Source: an uncultured virus (IMG/VR IMGVR_UViG_3300036836_000008)
Taxonomy: Duplodnaviria; Heunggongvirae; Uroviricota; Caudoviricetes
Virus record (IMG/VR): IMGVR_UViG_3300036836_000008
DNA length: 20,000 nt
Reading direction: 5' to 3' (one strand)
Below, piece by piece: positions 9,701 through 17,445 of this stretch. Position 1 is the stretch's first letter; every line of letters starts with the position of its first letter. Made by a program: the position numbers and the translations under genes. The notes under the pieces were generated by a model, which saw only the letters and a list, made by a program, of their open reading frames with translations, was not told where the DNA came from and ran no database searches.

Positions 9701-11518
9701 AAAGAATGAATTGATAGTACTACCTAGATTTTTAAGCACCTGCCAAAGAACTTGACCAGTCTCTGTAGTTTCTGCTAAGAATGCCTGAATAGATCCTGTA
9801 GAGCGAGCCTCAGCAGACCAGTCAGCAAAAGCCTCGGCTCCGTCACGGATAGATTGTGTAACCCAACGTGTGAATGGAATAGCTGCAATAGCAATGTTTC
9901 GGAATACATTAGCTAGAGATAGTCCTGCCTGCCCCATGTCATCGATGGTGTTGGCATTCTCTTTAGCTAATGTCTTGAAATCTCTTCTCCAAGGTCCAGA
10001 TGCCAGCATTCTAATGCCTTGATCTGCAATCTTACCCATAGCTTCAGCAGACTGTGCAAGGAAGTTGTTAGCTACAGGAATAATTCTCCTAAGCTCATCA
10101 AAGTCATTAACTACCTGGGTAAAGAATCTTTCACCTACAGTCTCTTGAAGTGCTGCCCACTCATCGCGTAATTCAAAGATTCCTTCAGTAACCTTACGAG
10201 TATTAGGAGCCAGCTCACGCAATAATGCATTAGCCTTCTGTTGTGGAGTTAATGCCTTTTCAGTACCTAGACGAGCTTGCTCGGCAGCGATAGCTTCCTG
10301 TTCCTGAGCTTTTGTCATAGCCTCAAAAGCTTCTGACACAGTAGATACAACAACGCCCATAGCTCCGATAGAGCCTGCGAAGGTAGCGATAAGTCCTGGA
10401 CCAGCAGCTAAGAAACCGCTAAGTGATCCCAAAGCAGAAACTAAACCTAGTGCTCCTCCACCTAGTGCTCCCAAACCTGCAATAAGTGCAGGCAAAGAAG
10501 ATACCAATACAGCAATAACACCAGGCATACGGTAAAGTTCGCCTGATACTCGACCTAAACGCTGAAGGAATCTAGAGCTAGCTTCAGATAGGTTATCAAA
10601 GCTGGAAATGAAAGATCGAGCAAAGCTGCTACCGCTAGATCCTCCTAATGTGCCCATAGCTGCGCGTAGTCTACCGAATACTCGCTCTCCTCTTTCTGTC
10701 TCGTTGAATACACGAGTCATATCAGCAAGAGCAGTGAGTGCCCAGAAACGGAAGGCTCTTCCAGATGGAAGGCGATCGATCTTTTCTAATTCCTTACGGA
10801 CCTTTTCAGTCTGACGTAGAACATCCTCACCTAATTCGTCACGAAGCTTGCGAGAAATGCCTCGAAGATCGCCCAAGGCGCGATTAGCATCAATTCGTAC
10901 TTCTGGGCGTGTAGTAGAACTTGCAAGTTCGCGTAGCTCGAATTCAAGACTTCGCACTTGCTGACGAGCATCGTCTACATCAACATCTAGCTCTAACCTA
11001 TCTAGACCTAAAGCTAGGAGGGTTCCGTTAAGCTGCCTCAGGCTGCGAGCAAATCCCTGAATAAAAGCGGTGCCGGTATCTAACCCAGCACGGCTAAAAC
11101 GAGTTTCAGTATCGCGTACAACACGATCCATGACTGTGCGGCGAGTAGTATCTCGTTCAACAGTTCTACCAAAGTTACGAGTAAAGCCTTCACCAGCTTT
11201 GTCTCCAGCGTTAGCAAAAGCTTGAGACAGTGCAGCAGTAGCTGCATTTAGGAATTGACTGTTACGAGACTGAGATGTTTGCTGAGCGGCAGATCGAGTT
11301 GCAGCATCAGTAGCGTTACGCTCTGCTTGTGCCCTTTGTTGCTTAGATGCTGCAACACGGCGGTCATCAGCAATAGACTGCGCATTTAAACGAGCCTCTT
11401 CTTCACGCAATTCACGTAAAGCTCGTCTAGCCCTCTGGGCTTCACGAATTAGGTTATCAAACTCACCTAATGCGCGGTAACGAGAGATGTGCTGTGATCC
11501 TCCTGTTGGACTAGTCAT
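6794..11518 (-). CDS. Tape measure protein with C-terminal M15-like zinc peptidase domain, 1574 aa
   Basis: Ala/Gly-rich helical protein with hydrophobic stretches; LLGGPWGLAL and GGPVWGAGTRTSDSIQAWLSNGEFV motifs; follows the chaperone pair. C-terminal SGYR...SYHALGRAVD...HLHW. Confidence 0.93.
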   Translation of the reverse strand: MTSPTGGSQHISRYRALGEFDNLIREAQRARRALRELREEEARLNAQSIADDRRVAASKQQRAQAERNATDAATRSAAQQTSQSRNSQFLNAATAALSQAFANAGDKAGEGFTRNFGRTVERDTTRRTVMDRVVRDTETRFSRAGLDTGTAFIQGFARSLRQLNGTLLALGLDRLELDVDVDDARQQVRSLEFELRELASSTTRPEVRIDANRALGDLRGISRKLRDELGEDVLRQTEKVRKELEKIDRLPSGRAFRFWALTALADMTRVFNETERGERVFGRLRAAMGTLGGSSGSSFARSFISSFDNLSEASSRFLQRLGRVSGELYRMPGVIAVLVSSLPALIAGLGALGGGALGLVSALGSLSGFLAAGPGLIATFAGSIGAMGVVVSTVSEAFEAMTKAQEQEAIAAEQARLGTEKALTPQQKANALLRELAPNTRKVTEGIFELRDEWAALQETVGERFFTQVVNDFDELRRIIPVANNFLAQSAEAMGKIADQGIRMLASGPWRRDFKTLAKENANTIDDMGQAGLSLANVFRNIAIAAIPFTRWVTQSIRDGAEAFADWSAEARSTGSIQAFLAETTETGQVLWQVLKNLGSTINSFFASTVDEGQSYLRTLESITAHWADVAEAQESANSPLRQWMESIRPLLSSMGDLIRDLGRGIGDLASNQSNIDTMIALLDSLRTDVLPPILRIIQQLNDSGIAVTVVEAFGGFLEAISDFLESGAATAISVFVTVLASFAEVIFSLASLPVISDFLGGLAAALATLAAVSIVARFTGLFKLWDFFTWMSRNRGNLSGAFADAARGVAGLQTTGQSNLPNRIPTPLGGVDGGAGRATEATGNAASRATPQVVGFSRALNGVRSAGSLARGALSGLTSLLGGPWGLALIGATVAAGALIGKLNDQKQEARDTKEAFLALKNAYGDLSQGNTENVNNLAETNEKFRDIAGNAAQYGLTLRTVSGALNNQEQDLNRVNSVLDAQIANLERLRIAAFDAGGPTAALPFREQRIEAQKFKDSINEVANAQDTQTKVLERASSMSLTYQERLAGMTQGQVDNSVAIGEVQSRITTLSNALDVMSSATSTAADRSRALRDIINQEKGVLISANEASETWQSSLLTLRDAVESNGKSLSRKTREGLRNRDALQAAAQATRELYLQDIASGVPMEEATKRHRDRIKELQKEADKAFGTNKETKKLIDTYGDVPEDVATNLKVTNYAAVWQQMQDLKALQASLQSGKSLTEAQREVEQNKAQAGMKGWGDGYGIPGFKNGGPVWGAGTRTSDSIQAWLSNGEFVQPTDAVEYYGMPIMEAIRTRKLDRAAISEALPDDNMVNFKSGGAVHSGKCVACATGGHHFARGGAVWPFPTTVGNTLIDKDWATNMGGLGEGSGSGGWRWQMTVLRKQFPGLPLISGYRPNSRTLSGNRSYHALGRAVDLHPSREVAAWIRANYGSRTKELITPFQDLNLHNGKPHRYTGAVWNQHNWAGGNAHLHWAFRQGGLVDLMNMMNIGGGLPSMNTPLPSTPRSLSPAASSVVNNSTDNGTTFGDIIINNPAPERGGDSIRNALYRTQLLF

Positions 11519-11539
11519 CTCTCGCTACCTCCTGGGTAT

Positions 11540-12546
11540 TTAATGTCCTGGCTTTCCTCGTTCTAACCCGTTTCCAAATAAAGCCAGCATGTCTGAATTA
11601 TTTCTCTCCGCAGCAGCAGCTAAGTTTTCCTTTACTGCCTGCTCCTGAGTAGTCGCATGTACTCTCAACTTGGATTTAGGTGCAGAAGATTTAACTTCAG
11701 ACTCCTGGTGTCCAAATTGTTCATACTCTTCTCTATCTATCGTCAATCGAGATGCGAATTCCATAAGTTCTTGACTTTCGTTCATCCCGGCCTTGGCGAT
11801 AACCATAGCCAAAGCGCGAGTCTGCCAGGATACTATGAGCCTTCGCTCTTTCTCTTCTGCTAATTTCTGCTCTGCAATAGCAGCTATGATCTGACGAATT
11901 CGCTTCAGGGGTTTATCAAGAATCATGTCATCATCCCAACCATAAGCTGAACTGATGACATGAAATACTCTTGAAAATGGTCCTAAAAGATCCTGCCCCG
12001 GAATATCAGGAATTACTCGTCTGAGGTCTTCTCGTTTTCTGTCTGAATCTGCTCCGGAAGTTGGCCTGTCTTCTTGGCTAGGTCGAACATTGCCATTACT
12101 CGTTTTCCCAAGGCTTGTAGGTCACTGGATTCCCTCTTGACAATAGCCTCCACTAGAGTAATAAGGTCCTCTAGCTCAGGGTTGTCTAACTCGACGGCCA
12201 GATCTTCTTCTAGTTGCTTATTGTCTGCCCTGTCTGATGCGGAAAGTTTACGACCTTCTTTTAAACCTACTGGCTTAATCATGGCAAATAGGAAGTCGAT
12301 AACTTCATCTTCTGCATCAGGAATAGCGAAGCCAACTAATGCTAACAGTTTAGCTGAGAATTCTTCTGGGGTATCGTCACCAGAAAAACGTACATTAAGA
12401 AGCATGCTGCCTGCGCCGTGAGTAATAATTCGTAGCAGCTTAAAAAACTGACGTGACTTCAACGGCTGTAATATAACTTTGGTGCCGGATGAAAGCTCTA
12501 CTAAATCACCTTCATCGACAAGTACTTCAACATCTGATTTTGCCAT
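11540..12546 (-). CDS. Tail assembly chaperone, long -1 frameshift product (gpGT-like, about 335 aa)
   Basis: The -1 frame is open from the slippery site at 12103-12109 through ...VIPDIPGQDLLGPFSRVFHVISSAYGWDDDMILDKPL... to the stop at 11540. The ORF-track 11540..11926 is only its C-terminal part. Confidence 0.85.
12013..12546 (-). CDS. Tail assembly chaperone, short form (gpG-like), 177 aa
   Basis: Acidic protein between the major tail and tape measure genes; AGGAG RBS; slippery heptamer near its 3' end. Confidence 0.85.
   Translation of the reverse strand: MAKSDVEVLVDEGDLVELSSGTKVILQPLKSRQFFKLLRIITHGAGSMLLNVRFSGDDTPEEFSAKLLALVGFAIPDAEDEVIDFLFAMIKPVGLKEGRKLSASDRADNKQLEEDLAVELDNPELEDLITLVEAIVKRESSDLQALGKRVMAMFDLAKKTGQLPEQIQTENEKTSDE
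12103..12109 (-). other. Programmed -1 ribosomal frameshift slippery site G GGA AAA
   Basis: Minus strand TTG GGA AAA CGA (L-G-K) is a correctly phased X XXY YYZ heptamer, and the -1 frame stays open into the downstream ORF. Confidence 0.88.
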
Positions 12547-12584
12547 TATTGTCTCCTGGACTCCTTGGACTTGTTTTAGTTTAA

Positions 12585-13157
12585 TTAGACAGCGCGGTTA
12601 ACTACACGTCCGATTGCACGCTTACCGCCTGGTAGAGCTACACCCTTTTCATCCTTATCTGAGATAACTGCTCGACCTGTGTAGTTAAGCAATAGACCTG
12701 ACTTATAGGACGGACCGGTGAAGTTGATAGGGCCGAAGATCACCTTATACAGAATGAAATCCATAGTCCTAACAGCACCATCAGAGTCCTTGGACGGTAC
12801 ACGGATAAGCATTGGGCGGGCTGGCTGGTTAACAGAGTCTTCCTCCCATAGACCAAGCTCATATGTGGTAGCTGCACCGGAACCTGAAGAGGTTAGAGTT
12901 GCGCCGGATAATAGGGCGATAGTCTGGAACGGTAGATATCCAGCTTCAACAGTAACGGTGGCGAAGTTTAGCCAGAACCAAGATGACAATACGTAGTCGT
13001 CACCTGTGTTATCGTAGTTACCTGTATCTGCTGCAATAGTACCTGAACGTACGCCGTAAATATCGCCGAACTCTTCTTCAGTACCGTCAGTACCATCTAG
13101 GATAGCTGCATGGCTAATAGAAAAGCCTTCAAAATTTGTTCCTGCGATTGTACTCAC
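12585..13157 (-). CDS. Major tail (tube) protein, about 190 aa; likely start GTG at 13157
   Basis: Upstream of the chaperone/tape-measure genes. Beta-rich sequence (EGFSISHAAILDG...DIYGVRSG...GDD). Purine-rich AGAAAGAAGAAG precedes GTG 13157. Confidence 0.85.
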   Translation of the reverse strand: MSTIAGTNFEGFSISHAAILDGTDGTEEEFGDIYGVRSGTIAADTGNYDNTGDDYVLSSWFWLNFATVTVEAGYLPFQTIALLSGATLTSSGSGAATTYELGLWEEDSVNQPARPMLIRVPSKDSDGAVRTMDFILYKVIFGPINFTGPSYKSGLLLNYTGRAVISDKDEKGVALPGGKRAIGRVVNRAV

Positions 13158-13209
13158 CTTCTTCTTTCTAGGCGAGCCTGTCGCCCGCACTTTTTAGAAC
13201 ACGATAATT

Positions 13210-13217
13210 ACATCGGC
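13210..13217 (-). promoter_or_regulatory. Putative late-promoter -10 box GCCGATGT upstream of the major tail gene
   Basis: Intergenic RCCGATRW copy followed by AT-rich AATTAT; about 53 nt upstream of the start codon. Confidence 0.55.
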
Positions 13218-13225
13218 AATATTGT

Positions 13226-13468
13226 CTATTCTCCAGGTACTAGCTTGGTTTTTACACAGTTTCCAGATGTATCATAGTAATGCAGAATTCTAGCGGTATT
13301 AGGATAATCTCTTCTTGCGTCTTTAGCGCAATCAGCACAGGCGATCTCCATGTACATTCCTGGCTGAGGCATGGTATCGCGCTTTAACACTAGAAATAGT
13401 TTTCTAAATCTTCCCGGGCACCGAATTTCTATGCTGCCTTTTGGTGATACAAATTCTTCATTATGCAT
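13226..13468 (-). CDS. Small Cys-containing, Com-like zinc-ribbon protein, about 80 aa
   Basis: EIRCPGRFRKLF...MEIACADC pattern resembles Mu Com (IRCxxCxKLL...IEIxCxxC). GAGGTG RBS precedes ATG 13468, which overlaps the end of the glycosyltransferase gene. Confidence 0.6.
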   Translation of the reverse strand: MHNEEFVSPKGSIEIRCPGRFRKLFLVLKRDTMPQPGMYMEIACADCAKDARRDYPNTARILHYYDTSGNCVKTKLVPGE

Positions 13469-14576
13469 TTTCAACACCTCGCATGGCAGTTTTCTGAATA
13501 ATTTCTGTACCCTTACCTGGGACTAGATCGGTGATGCGAGAGTATAGTCTCTGTACTACCTTATCCCAATGCATCATTTGAGGAATAACCTCAGCAGCCA
13601 GCTCCGCCTTCTTCTTAACCTCGGCCCTATGCCTAAATGTGTGAAGCATAAGTTGTTTCATATGCTCCTTGCTAGCACGAGCATTTCGCACATTAGGGTT
13701 ATCATCTAGAGGCATAAGTTTATAGTCAAGAGGATACGCATACTCAGGAGATAGCCATCCTGTATGCCCACCCCAATTAGTAGCAATTACTGTTCCGCCA
13801 GTAGACATGAATTCAAGTGCGGGCATATTCTTACCCTCCCCACGAGATGGCGCTAACAGTACATGCTGGAAAGAATAGAATTCTCTTAATACATCCTCAG
13901 GCCATGATGCATAATGTACGCGGAGTTTAGGTACCCATGCCTCCATAGCTGAATGGAGTCCTGGCGTGATAGTTTTAAGATGTAGCTCAGCTTTATCAAA
14001 TTCTTCTGGAAGTTCTAATTTTAATTCCCTGAAAGCTTCGATAGCTACGAAAGGATCTTTGCGCAAACTTAATGCTCCACACATGGCAAACCCGAAACGG
14101 TCGCTGAACCAGTCACGTTCTACAAAAGGCCAATCTTCAGGAATGAATCCTCCTTGCAGCACGCCTAAAGCTTGGTTTCGGCGCTTATACGGCTTGAAAC
14201 ATTCCAATGTTACATCATCATAACCTAATACTAGATCATAATTCTTCAAGGAGGTTTTAAGATTGGATCGACCCTTCATATTACCGAAGCTGTCATATTC
14301 CCACATAGTCCATCCTACAGTAACCTTGGATGCTCTACGTTCTTCAGGAAGTAGGCCGAATTGCATAGGGTCTACATGATGTATGAGTAGATCAAAAGGA
14401 GACACCAAGCGTTTAGTAAGCAGCATTGCAATGTCTTCTGGAAGTGGTGCATCTACGTGAGTTGGCTGAAGATACACATCAGCTCCTGATCGCACCAAAG
14501 CTCTAGCTATTCCAATGCCATCGTTACCGTACCCGGAATAGACAGACATCGGAGTTTTCAATAATACCTTTAGCAT
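13461..14576 (-). CDS. GT-B fold (GT4-like) glycosyltransferase, 371 aa
   Basis: N-terminal SGYG loop, TMWE, RKD, and C-terminal LLAPSRGEGKNMPALEFMSTGGTVIATNWGG (E-x7-E motif). AGGAGG RBS. Confidence 0.92.
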   Translation of the reverse strand: MLKVLLKTPMSVYSGYGNDGIGIARALVRSGADVYLQPTHVDAPLPEDIAMLLTKRLVSPFDLLIHHVDPMQFGLLPEERRASKVTVGWTMWEYDSFGNMKGRSNLKTSLKNYDLVLGYDDVTLECFKPYKRRNQALGVLQGGFIPEDWPFVERDWFSDRFGFAMCGALSLRKDPFVAIEAFRELKLELPEEFDKAELHLKTITPGLHSAMEAWVPKLRVHYASWPEDVLREFYSFQHVLLAPSRGEGKNMPALEFMSTGGTVIATNWGGHTGWLSPEYAYPLDYKLMPLDDNPNVRNARASKEHMKQLMLHTFRHRAEVKKKAELAAEVIPQMMHWDKVVQRLYSRITDLVPGKGTEIIQKTAMRGVENA

Positions 14577-14608
14577 ATATCCTCCTGGGATTCTCGTAGC
14601 TAAAGGTA

Positions 14609-14616
14609 TTATCGGT
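14609..14616 (-). promoter_or_regulatory. Putative late-promoter -10 box ACCGATAA upstream of the glycosyltransferase
   Basis: RCCGATRW copy abutting the tail-terminator stop codon; about 33 nt upstream of ATG 14576. Confidence 0.55.
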
Positions 14617-15095
14617 TAGAATAATACAGAGTAGTATACTGTAGCAAGTTTGATACCATCACCATCAATTACAGGCACAGGCTTACTGATATCGCCAAGC
14701 CTGTCTGAAGCTTGAGTAAGCACTGTACCCCACCAAACAGCTTCAGGATCTGTCCTGTGCAAATATTTGTCTAACACTGCAAAAGTAGTTTCAATTTTAT
14801 CATCTACTACTGTAGGATTTACAAGATTACCTAAAGCATCTCTATTACCGTTAGCCCAGATATGCACAGCGACTCTTCTTGCTCTAAATCTCGTCAGAGC
14901 ATTGGTATCTAACGGTCCACCATCTTCAACTACTACAGCACTTACAGCAGTGTACTGATTATCTTCTAAATTAACCAACATCTCATCACGAAAAATAAAA
15001 GGCTTTTGGGTGAGGGTAAACTTACCTACCGCAGATACTAATTCTGGCAGGGTAAGAAGATACTTAACTAATTCACCTTCTAGTTTAGCCATCAA
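14616..15095 (-). CDS. Tail terminator-like protein, 159 aa
   Basis: Last of four overlapping head-tail genes. N-terminal 'LVKYLLTLPELVSAVG' helix followed by a beta-rich body; size and position fit. Confidence 0.7.
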   Translation of the reverse strand: MMAKLEGELVKYLLTLPELVSAVGKFTLTQKPFIFRDEMLVNLEDNQYTAVSAVVVEDGGPLDTNALTRFRARRVAVHIWANGNRDALGNLVNPTVVDDKIETTFAVLDKYLHRTDPEAVWWGTVLTQASDRLGDISKPVPVIDGDGIKLATVYYSVLF

Positions 15096-15454
15096 CCCTC
15101 CAAAAACTCTCTGATAGCAGCTTCATAAGCTGCCTCCATAGCCTGTGCTGGACGTAGAAAATCGTGAGCCCCGCCTCTTTCACGCTCATACTCGGCGTAG
15201 TCTACAGGATTATGAATACCTTTTGATCTTCCACCGTATGTGATCTCGCCTTTCCAACTATTACTATCGCCTTCAGAATTGAATTTACCAGAAGTCTTCA
15301 AAGATCTGGTAATTACGTGAACAGCAGCTTGTGTAGCTTGGAATTGACGAACAAGGATGGCTTCAAAACGCATTCTATCTTCTAGACTCAGACCTTCTGA
15401 AAGCCTATCGATCTCCTTGAAAATACCATCATCAATCAACTCAATCTTGATCAT
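15092..15454 (-). CDS. Neck / tail completion protein (HK97 gp10-like), 120 aa
   Basis: VHVITRSLKTSG...YAEYE...HDFLRPA motif pattern; ATGA overlaps with neighbouring genes. Confidence 0.75.
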   Translation of the reverse strand: MIKIELIDDGIFKEIDRLSEGLSLEDRMRFEAILVRQFQATQAAVHVITRSLKTSGKFNSEGDSNSWKGEITYGGRSKGIHNPVDYAEYERERGGAHDFLRPAQAMEAAYEAAIREFLEG

Positions 15455-15867
15455 ACCGGCGCTCCTGATGGATAGCTGAATCCTGCCTGGTTAACCTCAA
15501 AAACTTGAACTTCAAGATGATGAGTTCTGCGACGATTTTGGGCTTCATCCGGCCTCATTTTAATAAGAAACTGTGAGCCAGTGTGCGGGCCTTCGATTAC
15601 CTTAATGATGTGACCTGCTTTTAAATTTGGAGTATTGTTGCAAAACAATACTCCAGTCCTGTCTGGTGATCGGCCTGCAACAATAGGTGCAGGAGCATCT
15701 TTACCTACACGTAAAAAGCTAAGATCTAATCTGCATTTCATTTCACCGGGAGCGGAAACATTATCAAATCGTGCAGAAGACTTTGCCCAAGTCTGTACTC
15801 TTGCGCCATCAATAATGTCAGTAACAGATTCCAAGATTTCTACTTTAGAATTGAATAGATGCCTCAT
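15451..15867 (-). CDS. Head-to-tail stopper / head closure protein, 138 aa
   Basis: LKAGHII...HHLEVQV pattern; located after the adaptor gene; ATGA overlap. Confidence 0.75.
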   Translation of the reverse strand: MRHLFNSKVEILESVTDIIDGARVQTWAKSSARFDNVSAPGEMKCRLDLSFLRVGKDAPAPIVAGRSPDRTGVLFCNNTPNLKAGHIIKVIEGPHTGSQFLIKMRPDEAQNRRRTHHLEVQVFEVNQAGFSYPSGAPV

Positions 15868-16403
15868 AGCACATCCTCCCAGTTATATTCAATTCTGTTG
15901 GTGTCTCTGTAATCGATTTCCCAGGCACCCTTACTGCCGTGCTTGCTGATGGACTTAGCTCCAGCAATTCTTGGCTTACCATCGCTAGTAAGCTCCAGGC
16001 CATCCCACTCCATACCCTGAATAGATCCTGTGTCTCCAATACCGGTTCCTTGCTTCAATTTGTTGACAGCAAGGTCGAACCACATAATGCCGGTAGCATC
16101 ACCCTTACGTACAGCCTTGATTGCTTTACTGTAAGAATAAGATCCAATACTCTCAGATTGATATGGACTAGCCATATCCTCACGATAATCCTGAGACAGG
16201 TAGATGTTATCTGCCATGTCCAGGATTCCGTTCCTGGCTAGCTGCTCTAGCTCAGGGGTGTTTGGGTAGGCTGATAGCTCTGTAGCCAAATAAAATAATA
16301 GGGTGGCCTGGGCTAGTGCCTGTACAGCGAAATCAGAAAAAGTATCGCTCTGACGACCTGTAAAGATAGCTAGCTCTGCTACTGTAGGTGGCACTAGCGC
16401 CAT
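15864..16403 (-). CDS. Head-to-tail adaptor (connector), 179 aa
   Basis: TVAELAIF N-terminal helix and the QSESIGSYSYS beta motif typical of adaptors. Confidence 0.82.
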   Translation of the reverse strand: MALVPPTVAELAIFTGRQSDTFSDFAVQALAQATLLFYLATELSAYPNTPELEQLARNGILDMADNIYLSQDYREDMASPYQSESIGSYSYSKAIKAVRKGDATGIMWFDLAVNKLKQGTGIGDTGSIQGMEWDGLELTSDGKPRIAGAKSISKHGSKGAWEIDYRDTNRIEYNWEDVL

Positions 16404-16406
16404 GGC

Positions 16407-17057
16407 TTACCTCTTTTCAAACTTTACGTGACCGAAACGTTCTTCTTGATCCTGATCACTCATATCCATCCAATCCTCATGCTGCTCATCTGTGTAATAA
16501 AGAGTCTCGCCCTTTTTCCATACACGACGTTGCGCAGTAAGGCCAGATTTTACAAAGTAAATCTTGTTCTGCTTCTCTAGCTCATCATGATCACGAGCAT
16601 CTAGAACTGCTGTGCTCTGCTTGATGGCATTCTTTTCTTCTTCGTCATCTTCTACTACTAATTCAGGATATGGTCCGCTGTTAAGCTTATACTCGATACC
16701 AGCAGAGTCAGTAACAACCTGATCCTCTGGTGTGCGATTAACCATATTAACTCCTGGATTCATCTGATTTTCCACAGTAGGATCAACTTCATTAGCAGGA
16801 GCTACTTCTACGTAAGGATTTTCATCCTTACCTTCATTAGTCTTCTCGCTACGATCCTGAACATCAACTACAGGAGTTTCTTGGTTATGAACAGTAATAT
16901 CAACATCGTTTGCCTCAGCAACCTTAGCTACTTCTGGCTCTTCAGTTGTTTCTGTAGATGGACGAACTTCATCAGAAGTTCCAGGGTTTTCCTGGTTTAC
17001 TACAGTTTCATCAACTGCTGGGGATGCTGCCTTGGCAGCTCTCTTGCGTGGCGGCAT
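16407..17057 (-). CDS. Acidic low-complexity protein with a small C-terminal domain, 216 aa; possibly virion-associated
   Basis: AAGGAGG RBS. Basic N-terminus MPPRKRAAK, then an E/D/T/P/V-rich region, then WKKGETLYY...DQEERFG. Directly precedes the adaptor gene. Confidence 0.65.
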   Translation of the reverse strand: MPPRKRAAKAASPAVDETVVNQENPGTSDEVRPSTETTEEPEVAKVAEANDVDITVHNQETPVVDVQDRSEKTNEGKDENPYVEVAPANEVDPTVENQMNPGVNMVNRTPEDQVVTDSAGIEYKLNSGPYPELVVEDDEEEKNAIKQSTAVLDARDHDELEKQNKIYFVKSGLTAQRRVWKKGETLYYTDEQHEDWMDMSDQDQEERFGHVKFEKR

Positions 17058-17059
17058 AA

Positions 17060-17431
17060 TTAGCCCTCCTTAGTATTGGGTTTCTTATCTTGTAAATCGT
17101 CAAAAAGCTTCTGCTTTGCGGCTAGCCGAGCACGAAGAGCTTCACCACGTTTCCCAAATTGGATCTCTAAGAACCCGATAGCGCCAGAGACTAAAGATAG
17201 TCCAAGAACCCAAAAGATTATTAATCTAACCCATTCAACTCCAGGAATAGCAATTTCCCAAACCCTAAGGCTGAAATACAAGCAGAGCACAGTTAAAGCA
17301 GTAACGAATACTGCAATAACCCATCCCATGAATGTTTTGTAGAATTTAGATCCCAGTAAAAATGATACTGTAAAAAGTAAAGATCCAAATGTCAGTACGA
17401 GGAAGCCAACGTTACCCCATAAGTCTAGCAT
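17060..17431 (-). CDS. Membrane protein with about 3 TM segments, putative holin, 123 aa
   Basis: Three hydrophobic segments and a basic C-terminal tail; GGAGG RBS. Confidence 0.65.
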   Translation of the reverse strand: MLDLWGNVGFLVLTFGSLLFTVSFLLGSKFYKTFMGWVIAVFVTALTVLCLYFSLRVWEIAIPGVEWVRLIIFWVLGLSLVSGAIGFLEIQFGKRGEALRARLAAKQKLFDDLQDKKPNTKEG

Positions 17432-17445
17432 TTATCGCCTCCCAC

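Noticed and set aside
11540..11926. Independent 128-aa gene starting at ATG 11926
   Set aside because: The frame is open far upstream to a canonical slippery site and ATG 11926 lacks a convincing SD; better explained as the frameshift extension.
13158..13190. N-terminal extension MRATGSPRKKK of the major tail ORF
   Set aside because: No RBS at 13190, and the segment is better read as the leader/RBS of GTG 13157.
881..16039. Short out-of-frame minus-strand ORFs nested in larger genes (881-1063, 5494-5679, 7003-7215, 7474-7734, 7870-8106, 15845-16039)
   Set aside because: Nested in alternative frames of real genes with no supporting motifs. No lipobox or spanin-like pattern was seen.
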